Source: Chrysomallon squamiferum (lineage: Eukaryota; Animalia; Mollusca). From it: DNA of 64,000 nucleotides. The translations under genes were made by a program, and so were the position numbers. The notes under the pieces are model-generated. The model was given only the letters and a program-made list of their open reading frames with translations, was not told where the DNA came from and searched no databases. The stretch's first letter is position 1, and the number at the start of each line of letters is the position of its first letter. The DNA lies in contig CM022670.1 of assembly GCA_012295275.1 (NCBI GenBank), positions 1,116,001 to 1,180,000 on the forward strand, in the 5' to 3' direction. Below, in pieces: positions 27,850 to 43,072 of this stretch.

Positions 27850-28000
27850 ACACGAAGACGTCAATAAAAGTTTTGAAAACAACGTGAAACAACACGACTA
27901 TCTGTACTGGTGCCGGCACCGGCTCTCAAAACACCGCCACAGCCTTAGTCCATATTGATTGGCAGCGGATGATGATTGGCAGCAATAAACCCCGCCTACC
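27850..28000 (-). promoter_or_regulatory. Candidate proximal promoter of the receptor gene
   Basis: Local GC-richer patch with two identical GCTGCCAATCA CCAAT boxes (27956-27966 and 27973-27983), a GC box AGGCGGGG (27990-27997), palindrome GGTGCCGGCACC (27909-27920) and CRE-like TGACGTCT (27856-27863), all 0.6-0.7 kb upstream of the ATG. The transcription start itself is not observable. Confidence 0.5.
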
Positions 28001-28490
28001 AAATCAATACCTGTCTAAAATAATGAGCTGTATATGTGACACTTTAGCACCATTGAGCAATATTGACTCTCCAGCGATCTCTATTTTCTGAAGATAAGGA
28101 ACCTGGCTGTTTCTGTTTTCCTTGCTGTTGCAGAAAACTGACATTTCGTTGGTTCCTATGGTTTGGTACTGGTTATGAACGAAAACAATTGATTGCTTTG
28201 TTCACTTTAACTCTTAAGTATATCTGGAAGGAACGAAAGAATTAGACGAACGCTTGCACGGATGAAAATACAAGTCAGAAAATGTTTTGGATGTCAAAGA
28301 TAAAAAAAAAAGTAACAGTAAGAGTGAAAAGTAACATTGATAATTTTATTATCAGGCGCAGATCCAGATAAATGGACGGTGGAGCACATTGGAGTCTGAA
28401 AACCCTACCTCTGTTACTACTGCTTTTGTTTGGTTGTTTTCTTTCTTTTTGTTTAGTTACCTACTTATAACACAAACAGATTTTTATGTT

Positions 28491-28524
<34 letters not shown>

Positions 28525-28675
28525 TATTGTTTTTATTATTATTTTTTTAAATATATATTTTCCAAAAGATACAAACATTTTTGTGTCTAAACTTTATTTT
28601 ATTAGATTCAGAAGAGGAAAATAGGAAAGCAAAATAGGAATAAAATAAATAAATGAATGAATGAATAAATAAATA

Positions 28676-28706
<31 letters not shown>

Positions 28707-28887
28707 TGATGATGTTGATGATTGATAATGATGATGATGATGTTGATGATTGATAATGATGATGATGATGTTGATAACTGATAATGATGATGATGTTGAT
28801 AGCTGATAATGATGGTGACGATAACAGCAACAGCAATAACAACTATAATGATAAATAAATTCATTAATTAAATTAAATAAAACATAC

Positions 28888-28926
<39 letters not shown>

Positions 28927-29866
28927 ATATTCCAACTTCAACGAATTCGAAGCTTAATGTTTAAAATCCTTTTTCTCAGTATGTTTCTATCAGCGAAATG
29001 GCACGGAAACACAGTTTGACTGAATTCAATCCTTCAATTCTACGTTGATCTTTTTACCCTCACTTTAGTTACGATTGAACTTGGCGATATATTAAATTCA
29101 GCCACATCCGAAAAAACAAAAAAACAAATCGGAATCAAAGGACTGTGCAAAATTTATCAATGATCGGAAAGAAGTGTTGTGCATATTTATTTACTGCACG
29201 GAAACTTTTGTATTGTAGGTATCTGTCAGTGTTTGCTGTACTTTTACATGTAATATATTTAACCACGTGTTGTTGTTGTAAAGTTTTAATTTTACTTGAT
29301 CAATGTTAAAGTGTTCTTTTCCTCGTGTAAGAAATATCTCAACTTATTTCTGCATTCATGTGGGATACGATTATTTATTTATTTATATATTTATTATTAG
29401 TAATAATAGTAGTACTACTGCTACTACTACTAATAATAATACGACAACAACTACTACTACTACTATTGTTATTTATTTATTTATTTATTTATTTATTTGC
29501 CATACAGTCGTAATTAAAAACGAAGCATAGCTACAAAAGAATTCAGTTAAAAAATTATTAGCTGCCATTTTTTGTTTGTGACGTCATTGCATATAAAGCG
29601 AATTGATTAGGTCTGAAGTTTCTTTAGCTTTGTCACAAAAATTATACCTATTAGTCCGCCAAATAGCCCAAAACAATAAATAAGTAAATAAATAAATAAA
29701 TAAAATAAAATAAAATGAAATGAATTAAAATAAAATAAACTACAAACAAATAAAAAATAGAAAGCCCTCCCAAAAAAACATCAATAAAAAAAAAAATAAA
29801 AAAAATAATAATAACAATAAAATAATAAATAATAAATTAGAAAATAAAAAAAATAATAAAAAATAA

Positions 29867-29897
<31 letters not shown>

Positions 29898-30432
29898 TTA
29901 AAATGAGTGAAGAATTTTCGATTTGATAAAATTTTTATTTTATAGATTATTTTTTCGTCTAGCCTGATGTAGACTTGAAACAATTAACGGTCTAAACTGT
30001 TGTCTAAATCTGGGTGACGTCAATACTGCTGACAGAAAGGTTCACACTTCTGTCAACTACAAACACCCAGTCCGAATGTGTGCATCTCTGTGTGTGTCAA
30101 CATAAATGTGAATATTTGTGTTTATAGGAACGTATATTATGTATGTATGTATGTAGGTAGGTAGGTATGTAGGCAGATAAGTAGGTATGCACGTATGTAT
30201 GTATGTAGGTATGTATGTATGGATGGATATATGTAATTTAGGATTTTGAATAGTCTCTGTTTGACGTACGTCTCATTAGACTGCACACAGACAGTACTTG
30301 GGAACTGCACTGGGCAGGAGGACAAAGTCCAATCACGACTTCACAGACGCCGCTGACGAGTCTCGAACTTATGGCACCCACTCACCCGCAGTCCGAAGGC
30401 GGGCGACGTTACCTATGGCCACCGAGACAACC

Positions 30433-31180
30433 TGTATGTATGTATGTATGTATGTATGTATGTATGCATGTATGTATGTATGTATGTATGTATGTATGTA
30501 TGTATGTATGTATGTATGTATGTATGTATGTATGTATGTATGTATGTATGTATGTATGTATGTATGTATGTATGTATGTATAGATGCATAGATACATGCA
30601 TGCATGTATGTATGTATGTATGTATGCATGTATGTATGTATGTATGTATGCATGCATGCATGTATGTATGTGTGTATGTATGTATGTATGTATGTATGTA
30701 TGTATGTATGCATGCATGCATGCATGTATGTATGTATGTATGTATGTATGTATGTATGTATGTATGTATGTATGTATGTATGTATGTATGTATGTATGTG
30801 TGTGTGTATGTATGTATGTATGTATGTATGTATGTATGTATGTATGTATGTATGTATGTATGTGTGTATGTATGTGTGTATGTATGTATGTATGTATGCA
30901 TGTATGTATGTGTGTATGTATGTATGTATGTATGTGTGTGTATGTATGTATGTATGTGTGTATATGTATGTATGTATGTATGTACGTGTGTGTATATGTA
31001 TGTACGTGTGTGTATATGTATGTGTGTATATGTATGTGTGTGTATGTATGTTTGTTTGTATATCTATGTATGTATGTATGTGTATATATATATATATGTA
31101 TATACATGTGTGTGTGAATATATATGTGTGTGTGTGTTTGTGTGTGTATGTATATATGTATAAGTACGTATGTACATACT
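30433..31180. repeat. Long (TATG)n microsatellite with CATG/TGTG variants, about 750 bp
   Basis: Read directly. Confidence 0.97.
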
Positions 31181-31913
31181 TATTACTATACGTAAATTCG
31201 AGGATACATATGTCACTGCATGTATATGTATCTAGATTAGTAATTCTATATCTAATTTTCTCCCACACCTATCACAATCACTCAGAACAAAAAAAAAAAA
31301 ATTAAAAAAAATTAAAAATGAACTTCCTTGTTATAAACAAATTAGATCTTTTCTTCTTCTGCTTCCTTTTTCCAGCAAAGAATTTTCTAATAAAAAAATA
31401 ATAAAAAAAATAAAAAATATATATATAAAAAAATATATAAACGCAGTGACACTAAAATCCTTTTAAAACAAGAGTAATTCCGAGTATCAGGCAATCTCTG
31501 AAAAAAACATGTAACAAGTCGATTCATTATATTCAAGATGGAACTCACGTTAAACAAAAGAGATGATACTGAAAGCGCATTAACCATTACAAAGTCCTTG
31601 GGTAATCAGTTTGCATTACTGTAACGCATGTTTAAAACAGAAACATGCTAGCTGCTTCACACTTACGTTTATTTTTATTACCTAAATGTGCTGGTAGGTT
31701 GTAGTATCGTTTTTTCTCAGATGAGTCTATACTGGGGAACTTTTAGTTCAACCATTGTTGTTAATCTCCTACTCGGTGTGTCTGTATAAATTATAAAACG
31801 TGTTACTGCTAACCGATGTAAGAAACCCACTGTTATTAGTATGTGAGTCATCTTCTGTATGTATCTCTCTCTCCCTCCACCCCTCTCTCTTTGTGTGTGT
31901 GTGTGTGTGTATG

Positions 31914-32007
<94 letters not shown>

Positions 32008-32023
32008 CCTGTTATATATACAC

Positions 32024-32071
<48 letters not shown>

Positions 32072-33840
32072 ATCTATGTACGACTCTATATATCTACCTA
32101 CCTTCCTACATATCTATATGTCCGTCACTGTATACCTATCAATGCTTGTATCCATCGATGTATCTGTCTGTCTCTTTATCTATCTATTTATCTGTCTGTC
32201 TGTCTCTCTGGAGATCTGTCCGCCTACCAGTGTACCAACGTACCTGTCTCTTTTCTTTTGTTTCATCCTTTTTGCCAATCTGTTAGTTTGAATTTTTATA
32301 ACCTGTCTACAGTGTAGACTCTGCACACATCGTGTAAGCATGCTATGTCTAGAATATGAAGAATCTAAAAAGTGAGTCACTGTCATATAGATTACCACAC
32401 AACTAACAAGCAGTACTTAAATACTTAACACGCGACTGTCAATATGTATCCGTCTATTTTCAGTTAAACCAGTTCGCAGATATACAGTTCTGGATCTTAG
32501 ACACACACTTGTACATAGACTCTTCAGTAAAAACAATATTACTATAGAAATAATACCAGCAATTAAGTGATGCAGGCAAACATGGTCTCCGGAAAACGCT
32601 TATTATATCTTTTTTTCCTCTCACTTTTTTCTCTCTTTTTTTAATATTTTTTATATTTGCATTTATCGAACAGACAGACCAGTATTCAAAGCAGAACAGA
32701 AACCAGCAATTATCTAAACAGTCACGTGACGTACTGGAAGCGTGCACGTAAACTGTGTCATATTTTTTTCAATTCAAATATTACGTTTAAAGTCTGTGGC
32801 ATCTCTAGAGGCGGTGTTCATTATATTTTTTGCCTGTGATAGAATGTGACAAGTAGAAGAGCATGGGAGATGTCTCGAAGTCGTTCTGTCAGGTTAGGCC
32901 TGTGACAGGTGCCGTGGATGGAATACTCATACGTTATTAGGAAGCCAATAAGTATAAGAGCTAAACTAGGCCAGTGTCAGTGAAAACAAGCATATTGCTC
33001 ACGTTGACCGTATTTTTTATTTTCCATCTCTAAATTTGTTAAAGAAAAAAATGAAAATAATTTTAAAAATGACAAAAAAAAAAAAAAAAAAAAATGAAAA
33101 TTATCTTCATGAAAATGCATAATGAAAAAAAAAAAAAAAAAAAAAATAAGGAAAATACAAAAAAAATCTAAGAGAAACAAACACAAACACACACACACAC
33201 ACACAATACATATATATGTATATATATAATAAAAATCAAATAATTAAATAAATAAAAATAAAATAAAAATAAATAAATAAAATAAGATAAAACAGCAATG
33301 ACACGCACACATACACATTCAACTACGTGTATGTCACACAGATAAACGTATATTCGCACTAATAAATAAGCGCTCCAACATTTATTTTTCTTTCTGACTT
33401 TGTGAATGTTTGTCTGTTTTATTTCAAACCAATCTTCTCTTTCTCCCTCGTTCTCTCTCCCTATCTCTCCCTCCCCCCTCTCTGGCTATTCCCTTTAAAG
33501 TCTCATATCAGCTTTAGAAAACTTTTGATGCCGACGGCTAATAATGTGAGAAACTTCAGACTAAATAAACTATAAGTTTCAACTCTGCAGACAAAGGGTA
33601 ACAGAAATTAAAATTCTGTTTCATTTGATGCTTGACATTTGTTGGTTGATGCAAGACAGGAAAGACAGGGGAAATAACGCCTTCTTTATTCAAATTAGAT
33701 TTACAGCGGCAGGAATTTATTTAGAAAGTATTCTACGTCAAACAGGATTAATGGAAGTCAAACACGTAAAACGCAAACGACTTGTTATTTATGTTTGGAC
33801 AGTGAGAATGATAAGAAGAACTGGAGAAATAAAAGCAAAC

Positions 33841-34233
<393 letters not shown>

Positions 34234-35159
34234 GAAGAGAGAAATAATTAAGAAAGAAAGTAAAAGAGAAAATGTGGAGAAAGAAATTAGGGAAACATTG
34301 CATGTCATTGTAAAATCCTTTGGGAGAGAGAAAGAAAGAGGAGAGAATGAGAGAGAGAAAAAAAGACCCAATAGACAGAGGAAGAAAGAGGAAAGGAATG
34401 TAGAAAGAGAGGAAAAAAAAAAATTTAAAACGAAGAAAGAGGTATGAAATAATGGAGAGAGAAGGAACGAATGATCCCCAGCCAATGTGAAATTCATCTT
34501 AGCCATTTCATTATTTGAACTTACCTTCTACCCATCACTATTCTTCTTTTTAATTGTTTTATTATTCATTTTCAAAAATTGCATTTCTGTCTTTTCTAAC
34601 ATTTATAATATTCCATTTTGCTGACCACGATAGCCAATGCAGTTTTCGTATAATGGGTTCATATCGTTAAACACGTTTGATACAAGTATAATCATTCTGT
34701 ACTCTGTGGCCTTCACGCCTGAATCGACTCAGTCTGTAATTTTACATAAATGCTTGCATTTCTCCACAAACAGACACTTCACCGAACGTTTCTGTGTTTG
34801 TACAAGAGTTCACAGATCTCGCAAACCCAACACAACAAGCTGGTGAAGTCACTAAAGACCTTACTTCAGACTTCACCAAGCCTGGACTTCATTAACTTTC
34901 TTCATGTTCACTTTTTAATCACTCGCTTCACTCGAATTTACCACAGCCATCGTAGTCTGGATGGTAACCACAACAAGTAACGTCTACAGAGATTTTGATT
35001 AAAACGTCTGCCGATGAAATTTAGAAATAAAATAATCAACACTAACAAATATAATACTCATCAATAAATAGCCGTGTGTTAAAACTTTAAATAAAGTACT
35101 GGTTTCGTCTACCCAGTGAACATTATATAGTCTGTGTATTACAATGGTGTGTTTAGCTA

Positions 35160-35208
<49 letters not shown>

Positions 35209-37200
35209 GTATTGGCTATACACTCACAGCAATGTAAGTTTCATTGTGCTTTCTTAAGTATAAAAGAACAATTCCACGGCTTTTGGTGAATCAGTTACAC
35301 GTCAAAATATAACCAAACAGAAAACCGTTACAAGCATATATGTCTTTTTTCAATGAAGAACGTTTATTTATTTATTTATTTATTTATTTTTTAAAATTTA
35401 TAATTGTTTTCTAAAATTTATAATATTTTTATATTTTATTTTTTATGTTAACTTATCTTACCAATTTTTAAAAATATTCAGATTTGAGTCAGAGATATCT
35501 CTAGACAGGTGCTGACTATTTTTTGGCCTTATGATAAAATGTGACAAATAGAAGTGAATGAGAGATGACTTTTTAGTGTGAACGCAAACACGTAATAGAA
35601 AGCCAAAATATTTTAGTACGAAAATAGTAAGTAAATTCTAGAACCATATAAAAGCTTTATTTTAATAAGAAATATGTATCAGAAATAGAAAACAATTGTA
35701 TTTTAAAGTGCAAGAGGTATACAGGCAAGAGAAAACTGTTATGTTTCATTATTTAAATAGACCCAGGAATATACAAACGTTATACCTTACAGTGGTATAC
35801 AGAAATAGTTATCCGCTTTAACAAACCTTTAGTGTGAAAAAGATATCTACAAGCTCTGGAGAAGCGTTTCAGTACAAAGAGCAATACAGAACCGTTATAT
35901 TTTTGTGTAGGAAACAGACAAACACGATTCAGTAATGGAAACACACAAACATGTTTTAGAAAAGATGTTCTGTCTTTGAAACCTCTTTCAGCTGTATCAT
36001 CATCGCTCCTCTGACCTTAAATCTCTAACATAAGAATATCGATGAAGGTTGGGGTTTTTGGGTTTTTTTTTTTTAATAGAAGATTCAAATAAGACTATAC
36101 TTAAATAAAAGTATCTTTTGAAAGAGATCAATAGTAAGGTGTTTGTAATACAGGTACCAGTAGGCTTAAATACTGTTAATATAAAAGTTTTTTTCCTTTT
36201 CTATTTATGTCTTTGTGTAAAAAAAAAAGATGCTATTTTCTAATTAATCTAAAAGACAAATATGTTTGTGTGTTTGTGTATGAAGAGATTAGATATTCAT
36301 ACAATACGATATGTGAGACATCTGTGTCTACTGTTATAATTTAACTGTCGCGGTGATTTCATGCTAATGTGAAAATGAAAACATATCGCACACATACGTA
36401 CATATATACACACAAATACATACATACATAGATGCATGCATATATACATGATACATACATACATGCGTGCATACATACATACATACATTCATAATATATA
36501 AATACACACACATACGTACGTACATACTTAAATAGGTACAAATATGCATACATATCTACTTACATACTCACCTACATACATACATACATACATACATGCA
36601 TATACAAATAGATATAAACGTCCATACATACATATACATTTATAATTCAAACAATATAAATCGTTTATTTGCTAAATGAAAATAATCGAAATCGAGTTAA
36701 CAAGCCGTACCACTCAAGGACGCCTGCCCTGGCTGAAACCTCTCACGTAATACGACAGCAAACGAAAGACAAATACCATTAAAACGATGAAGTATTTACT
36801 TGGAGCGGAATAACTCGAAAGCTCTAAACCTTGTTACTCGTAATATACGAAGTCTCGAGCCACAGGAGCACTATTCATTTACATTAACAAGTCCTCCACC
36901 TCAAACTGCCATCTGGTTTCTCTTACTGACGTCTGGGCGCTGACTAAACAAACAACTTTCTTTGTGGAATTAAGCGACTGTAAGGTCACCCCAACCTGAC
37001 ACTGGTGCTTTAGTAATGTTTTATTTTTCAACATCACAATCGTAGATTTGTCTCAGATCGCTAACACTGATCTCAGAAATACTGACATAATTGCTCCCCC
37101 ACGGGATTACCGTTTTGCGAGTCTACCTTTTTCCTTTGATCGTTTGTAAGAAAAACAGCGCACCCCAGGCGAACACCTGAATTGTGTGCGCGGTAAACAA

Positions 37201-37487
37201 GAGAAGTTTTGTGAGAAGATGAAGAGATGTTTTGTTTGATGATGAAGAGAAGTTTTGTTTGATGATGAAGAGATGTTTTGTGAGATGATGAAGAGAAGTT
37301 TTGTGAATCGATGAAGAGAAGTTTTGTGAGAAGATGAAGAGAAGTTTTGTGAGACGATGAAGAGAAGTTTTGTGAGAAGATGAAGAGAAGTTTTGTGAGA
37401 AGATGAAGAGAAGTTTTGTGAGAAGATGAAGAGATGTTTTGTGAGAAGATGAAGAAAAGTTTGTGAGAAGATGAAGAGATGTTTTTT
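37201..37487. repeat. 23-bp minisatellite, about 12.5 copies
   Basis: Unit gagaagttttgtgagaagatgaa repeated head-to-tail with a few variants and no spacers. Confidence 0.95.
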
Positions 37488-38566
37488 AATAATTATAGCA
37501 ATAACGACTGCAACGAAGAAATTTGGACTTCACTAATCCAGCCTGGTTGCTTGCAGTAAAAAAATAAAAAAATGTTTCTTTCTGTCTTACTGATACGTAT
37601 ACAACTTACAAAATAACACATATCTAACTTAGAACCAGAACTAATAAATACTGCAACATATGCTGAAACATATACATTTACAAACATATACAGACAAAAA
37701 CATACATACACACATATTTGAATACATACATGTATGTGTATATATATATATACATATAGGAATCAATAATTATAATGTCATAACTAACGTTTCTACAGTT
37801 TAGTTTCACATTTTACAAGTTATACTCTTACCTCGCCCTTTTTTAGTACGTAAGCGGAGTATCCTGAAAAAAAATGTTAATGGCTTGGCACACACGGTAT
37901 TTTAAGATTAATGGTTGTGTATTCATCCATTTTACACTCCCAGAATCACTCACACCTGTTAGTTGAATTAAAAAATATATAAAATAAAAACCCTGAAAAA
38001 AACCACACAACCCCCAAAACAAAACAACAACAAACAAACTAAAAGCGCATTTTGACGTTTTCCTTCCCTTTTACAACAGGCTGCGCAAAATTTAGGTTTC
38101 ACCGGGTTTGGGTTAACACGTCTTTTCTCACTTTTAGTAAACTGACTGAACTTTAGTTGCTGATATTAAAAAGAAGTATAGTACTCTGCTGCCACAGTTC
38201 TCAAGTGAGACTGTAAAACTCATCAGCTGCTGCCATGACTGATAAAGACTCCGCCGATTCCTGTACTCCGGCGCGTTGATTTATTGTCTGCCGGATATCG
38301 GCTGCTGTTGGGACCATCGTTCAATGCGCACGACAAAAGCTTAAGTGTTAAGTAATTCTCCATTCTTGTTAAATGTTTCTACTGATGTTTTTTTGCTTCT
38401 GTCCATCTACGTTTTACAACTGTGTATCTAATCAGATCTCTGATATTCAGATTCTGTCAGTAGATCATTACACAGACGTAAATCAACATTTGTCTTTCAG
38501 TGACAAGGCCACATGACTTCAGTTTATTTTGAGCAGTATATTCTGATGTTCTGATATTTATCGTAG

Positions 38567-38637
<71 letters not shown>

Positions 38638-38705
38638 TTTCTCTCTCTCTCCCTCTCCCCCCCTTTTGTTTCTGTCTCAATAAACATGGGTTATTATCAA
38701 TTGCT

Positions 38706-38890
38706 GTGTCTAGAAGTTGATTTTAATAAGCAAATTGGTGTCAATTGTTTATTTTCTTGAGCTTTGTATATTCCAGGCAGATTTGATGTTTTAACTGATA
38801 TTTTGATACTGTAGTGACAGAGTATTCGTCTTTATGACAGGTCGCGAGATCGATACTCCTCGGAGCGTCTACATTTTATTGTGAACAGAA
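38706..38890 (+). repeat. Left arm of a long-range inverted repeat (partner 47978-48197)
   Basis: 38803-38890 is the reverse complement of 47978-48065 at 84/88 positions by manual count; gapped similarity continues outward. Confidence 0.9.
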
Positions 38891-38921
38891 CTTTTAAATG
38901 ATTTATTATAATAATAATAAT

Positions 38922-38956
<35 letters not shown>

Positions 38957-39478
38957 TGATGATGATGATGATGATATGACGATATCATCAACAACACAAT
39001 AAGAACTACTACAACAATAAACAACAACAATAATAATAATAATGCGAAGAAGATGGCTAAAAATATAAGTAACAGCATAAAAACAAATAAGCAAAAAGCA
39101 GAGTGATTTCAGAACTGTAAACGCAATATATCACAGACATTTATGACATTATAAAAGAGATGATTAAAATAACTCAGATAAAAAGAAGCTTTGAACAATC
39201 GTCTTTTATTGTTTTACATTGTTGAACGTAGCCAAGTGTTCTTTACGAAAACTTCACAGCAACTGCTAGATGGACTGTGGTTATGATGATGATGATGATG
39301 ATAATGATGATATCGTTCTGAAGACTGCCGACTACGATGATAGTAACGATAATGACGATGTCAATAACAGATAAAGAGTAGGCTATAGAAAAAAAAAATG
39401 TATTAAGAAGTAAATAATTAAAGAAAATGAAATAAAGAAAATCATGTAGAAAATGAATAAAAGAAAATAATTAAATGA

Positions 39479-39536
<58 letters not shown>

Positions 39537-40006
39537 TAATTAATTAATAATATATAAAAAACAACAACAAAATAATATACAATCAAAAAAATAAAATAAA
39601 AAATAAAAAATCCAACAGCAAAACTGAACTGTGCGAAACATAGGTCTACGAATGTTCAACAGTACTGAATAACTGTTACTGCTGAATACAAAGACGCGTG
39701 TTTAACTAGTAGCACTGTGACTGGACTGAAGCACTGCACGCCGCCATTGTTCGCCCACGAGCTGACGTGACACGTGACAACCAGAAAAGCAAAACGAACA
39801 TCGACCGTTATTAACTCTCGTAAGGCCTGGTTTTCCAGGAATTAAACTTAATTTGAAAATAATACTATTTGTCTAAGAGTTATAAAACATAGGCTGATAT
39901 TAGTATTGTAATGGAGATGCTGGTTTTTGTTTTCTTTTTCTTGACGGTATTCCGGTTATGATGTCATTTGACGTGGTAAATGAACGAAGTCTAAGTAAAG
40001 GAGAAC

Positions 40007-40040
<34 letters not shown>

Positions 40041-42289
40041 GATAAAGAAAACATTGTTATTGTTGTTGTTTTATTATCAACATCACTTATCATCATATCA
40101 TCGTCATTAAAATCATCTTCGTCATCATCATCTTTATCATTATTATTACTATTAAAATTAGTAATATTTCACATTTACAAATTTTACAAATGACAGTTAT
40201 ATTTCTAATTCACAAGTTTTAGGATTTCGACAGCGTTCAGATGTTTCTGTACCAGTCTGACTGTTTTACTTGAATGGTTATTTTGTAAACAACATTATGC
40301 ATGTTCGTAATGCACAGTCTTTGCATGTAATCCTCAGAGGACGTGAAATAATTCACAGTATTATTAGCTTTATTCCTAGTTCAGTTTAGTTACAGAGATT
40401 TCAATTAAACATTTCTGTAAATAACACTTTTGGTCTTGTTGGTTTCATTCTTCCGTCTTTGTTTTCATTGTTTTGTAACACTGCGTCAGTTTCATTGTTA
40501 TAACCATCAGTCAGTGAATCTATCGATCAACCAGTTAGTTTGTCTGTCTGTCCAAACGTCCTTCTATCCATCCTCTCCCGCCCCCAGCTATTCATGACCA
40601 TCCATCCATTTATTTATGTATGTACGTATAAGTGTGTATCCGTCTCTCTGTCTGACTGTCTGTCTATATATCTATCTATCTGCATTTTGATCAGTATTTT
40701 TGACAAGTAGGAGATCATTTCTTCTGGCACCAAACGTAAATCTTACGCTGCATCTTTAATGACTTTTGTTTCTTTCTAAAAACCGAAATGATAACATTTC
40801 TGGAGGGGGGCGACAACTTGAGCATGCATGCACCAGGCATCATCACATTGTTACTTGGAACGTACCCAGCTCGAGCTTTTCCAAATGAGGTAAAACGTAT
40901 CCATGTTTATTTGCATGAGAAATCGTATTATCACATTGAAACAGCTGGACGTTTCCCGGACCGGTTGTCTGTCATAATTACGTCCGTGTCGTGTTGATTT
41001 CAGCGAAGTCCGAGACTTGGAGTTATTGTCTCCAGTTAACAGCAACATGCGAGGATTTTCCGGTTCGGTTGGCAACATGACAGCATCTGTCTGCAGAAAA
41101 CCAATCACGACTTCACTTGAAGTTTGTACAAAAGAAAATGAATCGAGTCTTTGTGAAGAGAAAGTCTGTTTAATTTTCTGTTGTGATGTCCACTGTTGTG
41201 TGCTGATGACCATTCCGATGACCACGCGGTTGTTTTATCCGAGTCTGAAATCAAAGTATATCAACAACCACCCACACAACAGGTTAATCCAGACACAATA
41301 CACCCACTCACATTTATATACTTGCATGTATGTGTGTCTGTGTGTATATGCATGTGTGTGTATTTATGTATGTGTGTATGGTTGCGTATGTGCATATTTA
41401 TTGTAAATGTGTATTTATGTATTCAGACATGAAAATATAAATTGGTATGTATATGTCCGTATTCGTACGTATGTGTGTAAGTGTATATGTCTTTGTAAGT
41501 GTTTATATATTGCTTGAGGTGGCTAATTATGTTTCATAAAAAAGTTGAGAAAACCAAAGGAATGAAATAAAATAACCGAAACAAAAATTTGAAAACATTT
41601 TCTGTTTGTTAAATCAGTGAGTATATGTCATCTATTTGTTGTTTAGACAGAAACAAAATGCAGCGTTTTTCATATTTTCAGGAAATGCAATTTTTTTTTT
41701 TTTTTCTTATCTAGATTTACATATTATGTATATATATCTACTCGGCAAAAGGTGATTATCCCTTAATTATTTTAATGGATTTGCAATTTTCTGGACGAAA
41801 GGACAACAATCGCATCACTTACAATTAGTAGAGAAACACGTGGACGTAGCGTCTGGCGCCTAACTATTTGTCTCCCTTGCGACTTTCAAATGGCGGTTCT
41901 AAAACACGCCGTTAGAGGGGAATAATTTGCAATTACATTAGTTGAAAAGAAGCTGCCTCAGCCCGGCCGTGTATCCCCAGTAATTACCGAAAGCAAAACA
42001 TATACATTGTGATCGTATTGTCAACACCGGCTTATGAAACCCGACATTAGAGGTAACTAATCTTTATACATTAACAAACATCAGCTCTTTCATTTTCAAC
42101 CAAGCGTTAACTTTTGACCGCGAACCTTGGACAGTAAGACTGCTCGCTGCGTAGAGCTCAGAACCGAGGTGTATTAGGCTGAATGATCAAGCCTCGTCAT
42201 TGCCTGGACTAAATTATTTCCGGTTCTGATTTGTGTTCCATAGCTATTCATCACAGTATGTTCTTTTCTACTGTCTGTCTGTCTGTCTC

Positions 42290-42379
<90 letters not shown>

Positions 42380-43020
42380 TGTGTGTTAATGTAAAAGCAT
42401 GTTGTTTTAATAAAGAAATGAAAAAGGTTTCGTCTCGTCACTGTAATTAGAATTGTCTGATCTTAGATCAAAGAATAATAAAATATTTAATCAAAGTCAA
42501 GAAACAAAAATAAAATAAAATAAAGTAATATAAAATTATAATAAATAAAATAAAATTAAATATTAATAATAATAAATTGTTTTATTCATTTTACTTCTCC
42601 AACTTAAACTGTTAGAAAAATGTTGAAAATATTTTGATATATTTCAGTTATTTTGATAGACACATTTACGAAAGTGTATTAATTTTTTAACAAGTGACAA
42701 AGATTTATATGCTGATACTGAGGAGAGATATGGACATAAAAAAGGCAATAAAATTGTCCAGCATCGGCTTTGAAAAAATATTTATATCTCTCTCGATATA
42801 ACGAGAAAATAATAAACAAGTGGTTTATGGCTCTATTAGTGTAAAGTTCAGAATCTATTAATTTTTTATTACTGAAAAAATAATTTTGCCTAGGTTTTTA
42901 CGATGTTCTTAAATGTAGATTTATTTATTATAATTATTTTTCATAAATACTTTCTTCTTCTTCTTCTTTTTTTTTTTTTATTTTTTTTTATTTTTTTTTA
43001 CATAAATTGTGTTTATTTTG

Positions 43021-43072
<52 letters not shown>

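Noticed and set aside
30369-31305. Long ORFs of 160-299 aa (MYVC/HTYI repeats)
   Set aside because: Translation artefacts of (TATG)n.
34519-34527. Perfect minus-strand donor AAG|GTAAGT as a possible upstream non-coding exon
   Set aside because: A single 9-mer is expected by chance in 64 kb, and no matching acceptor or exon evidence was found.
37201-37487. Regular 23-bp repeats resembling a CRISPR array
   Set aside because: Head-to-tail units with no unique spacers, no cas genes, and a eukaryotic context: a minisatellite.
41101-41116. Exact 16-mer CCAATCACGACTTCAC also at 30329-30344
   Set aside because: The flanks do not align, and one 16-mer match within 64 kb is near chance expectation.
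40788-41406. 124-129 aa ORFs on both strands
   Set aside because: No recognisable family or coding-like codon bias comparable with the real exons.
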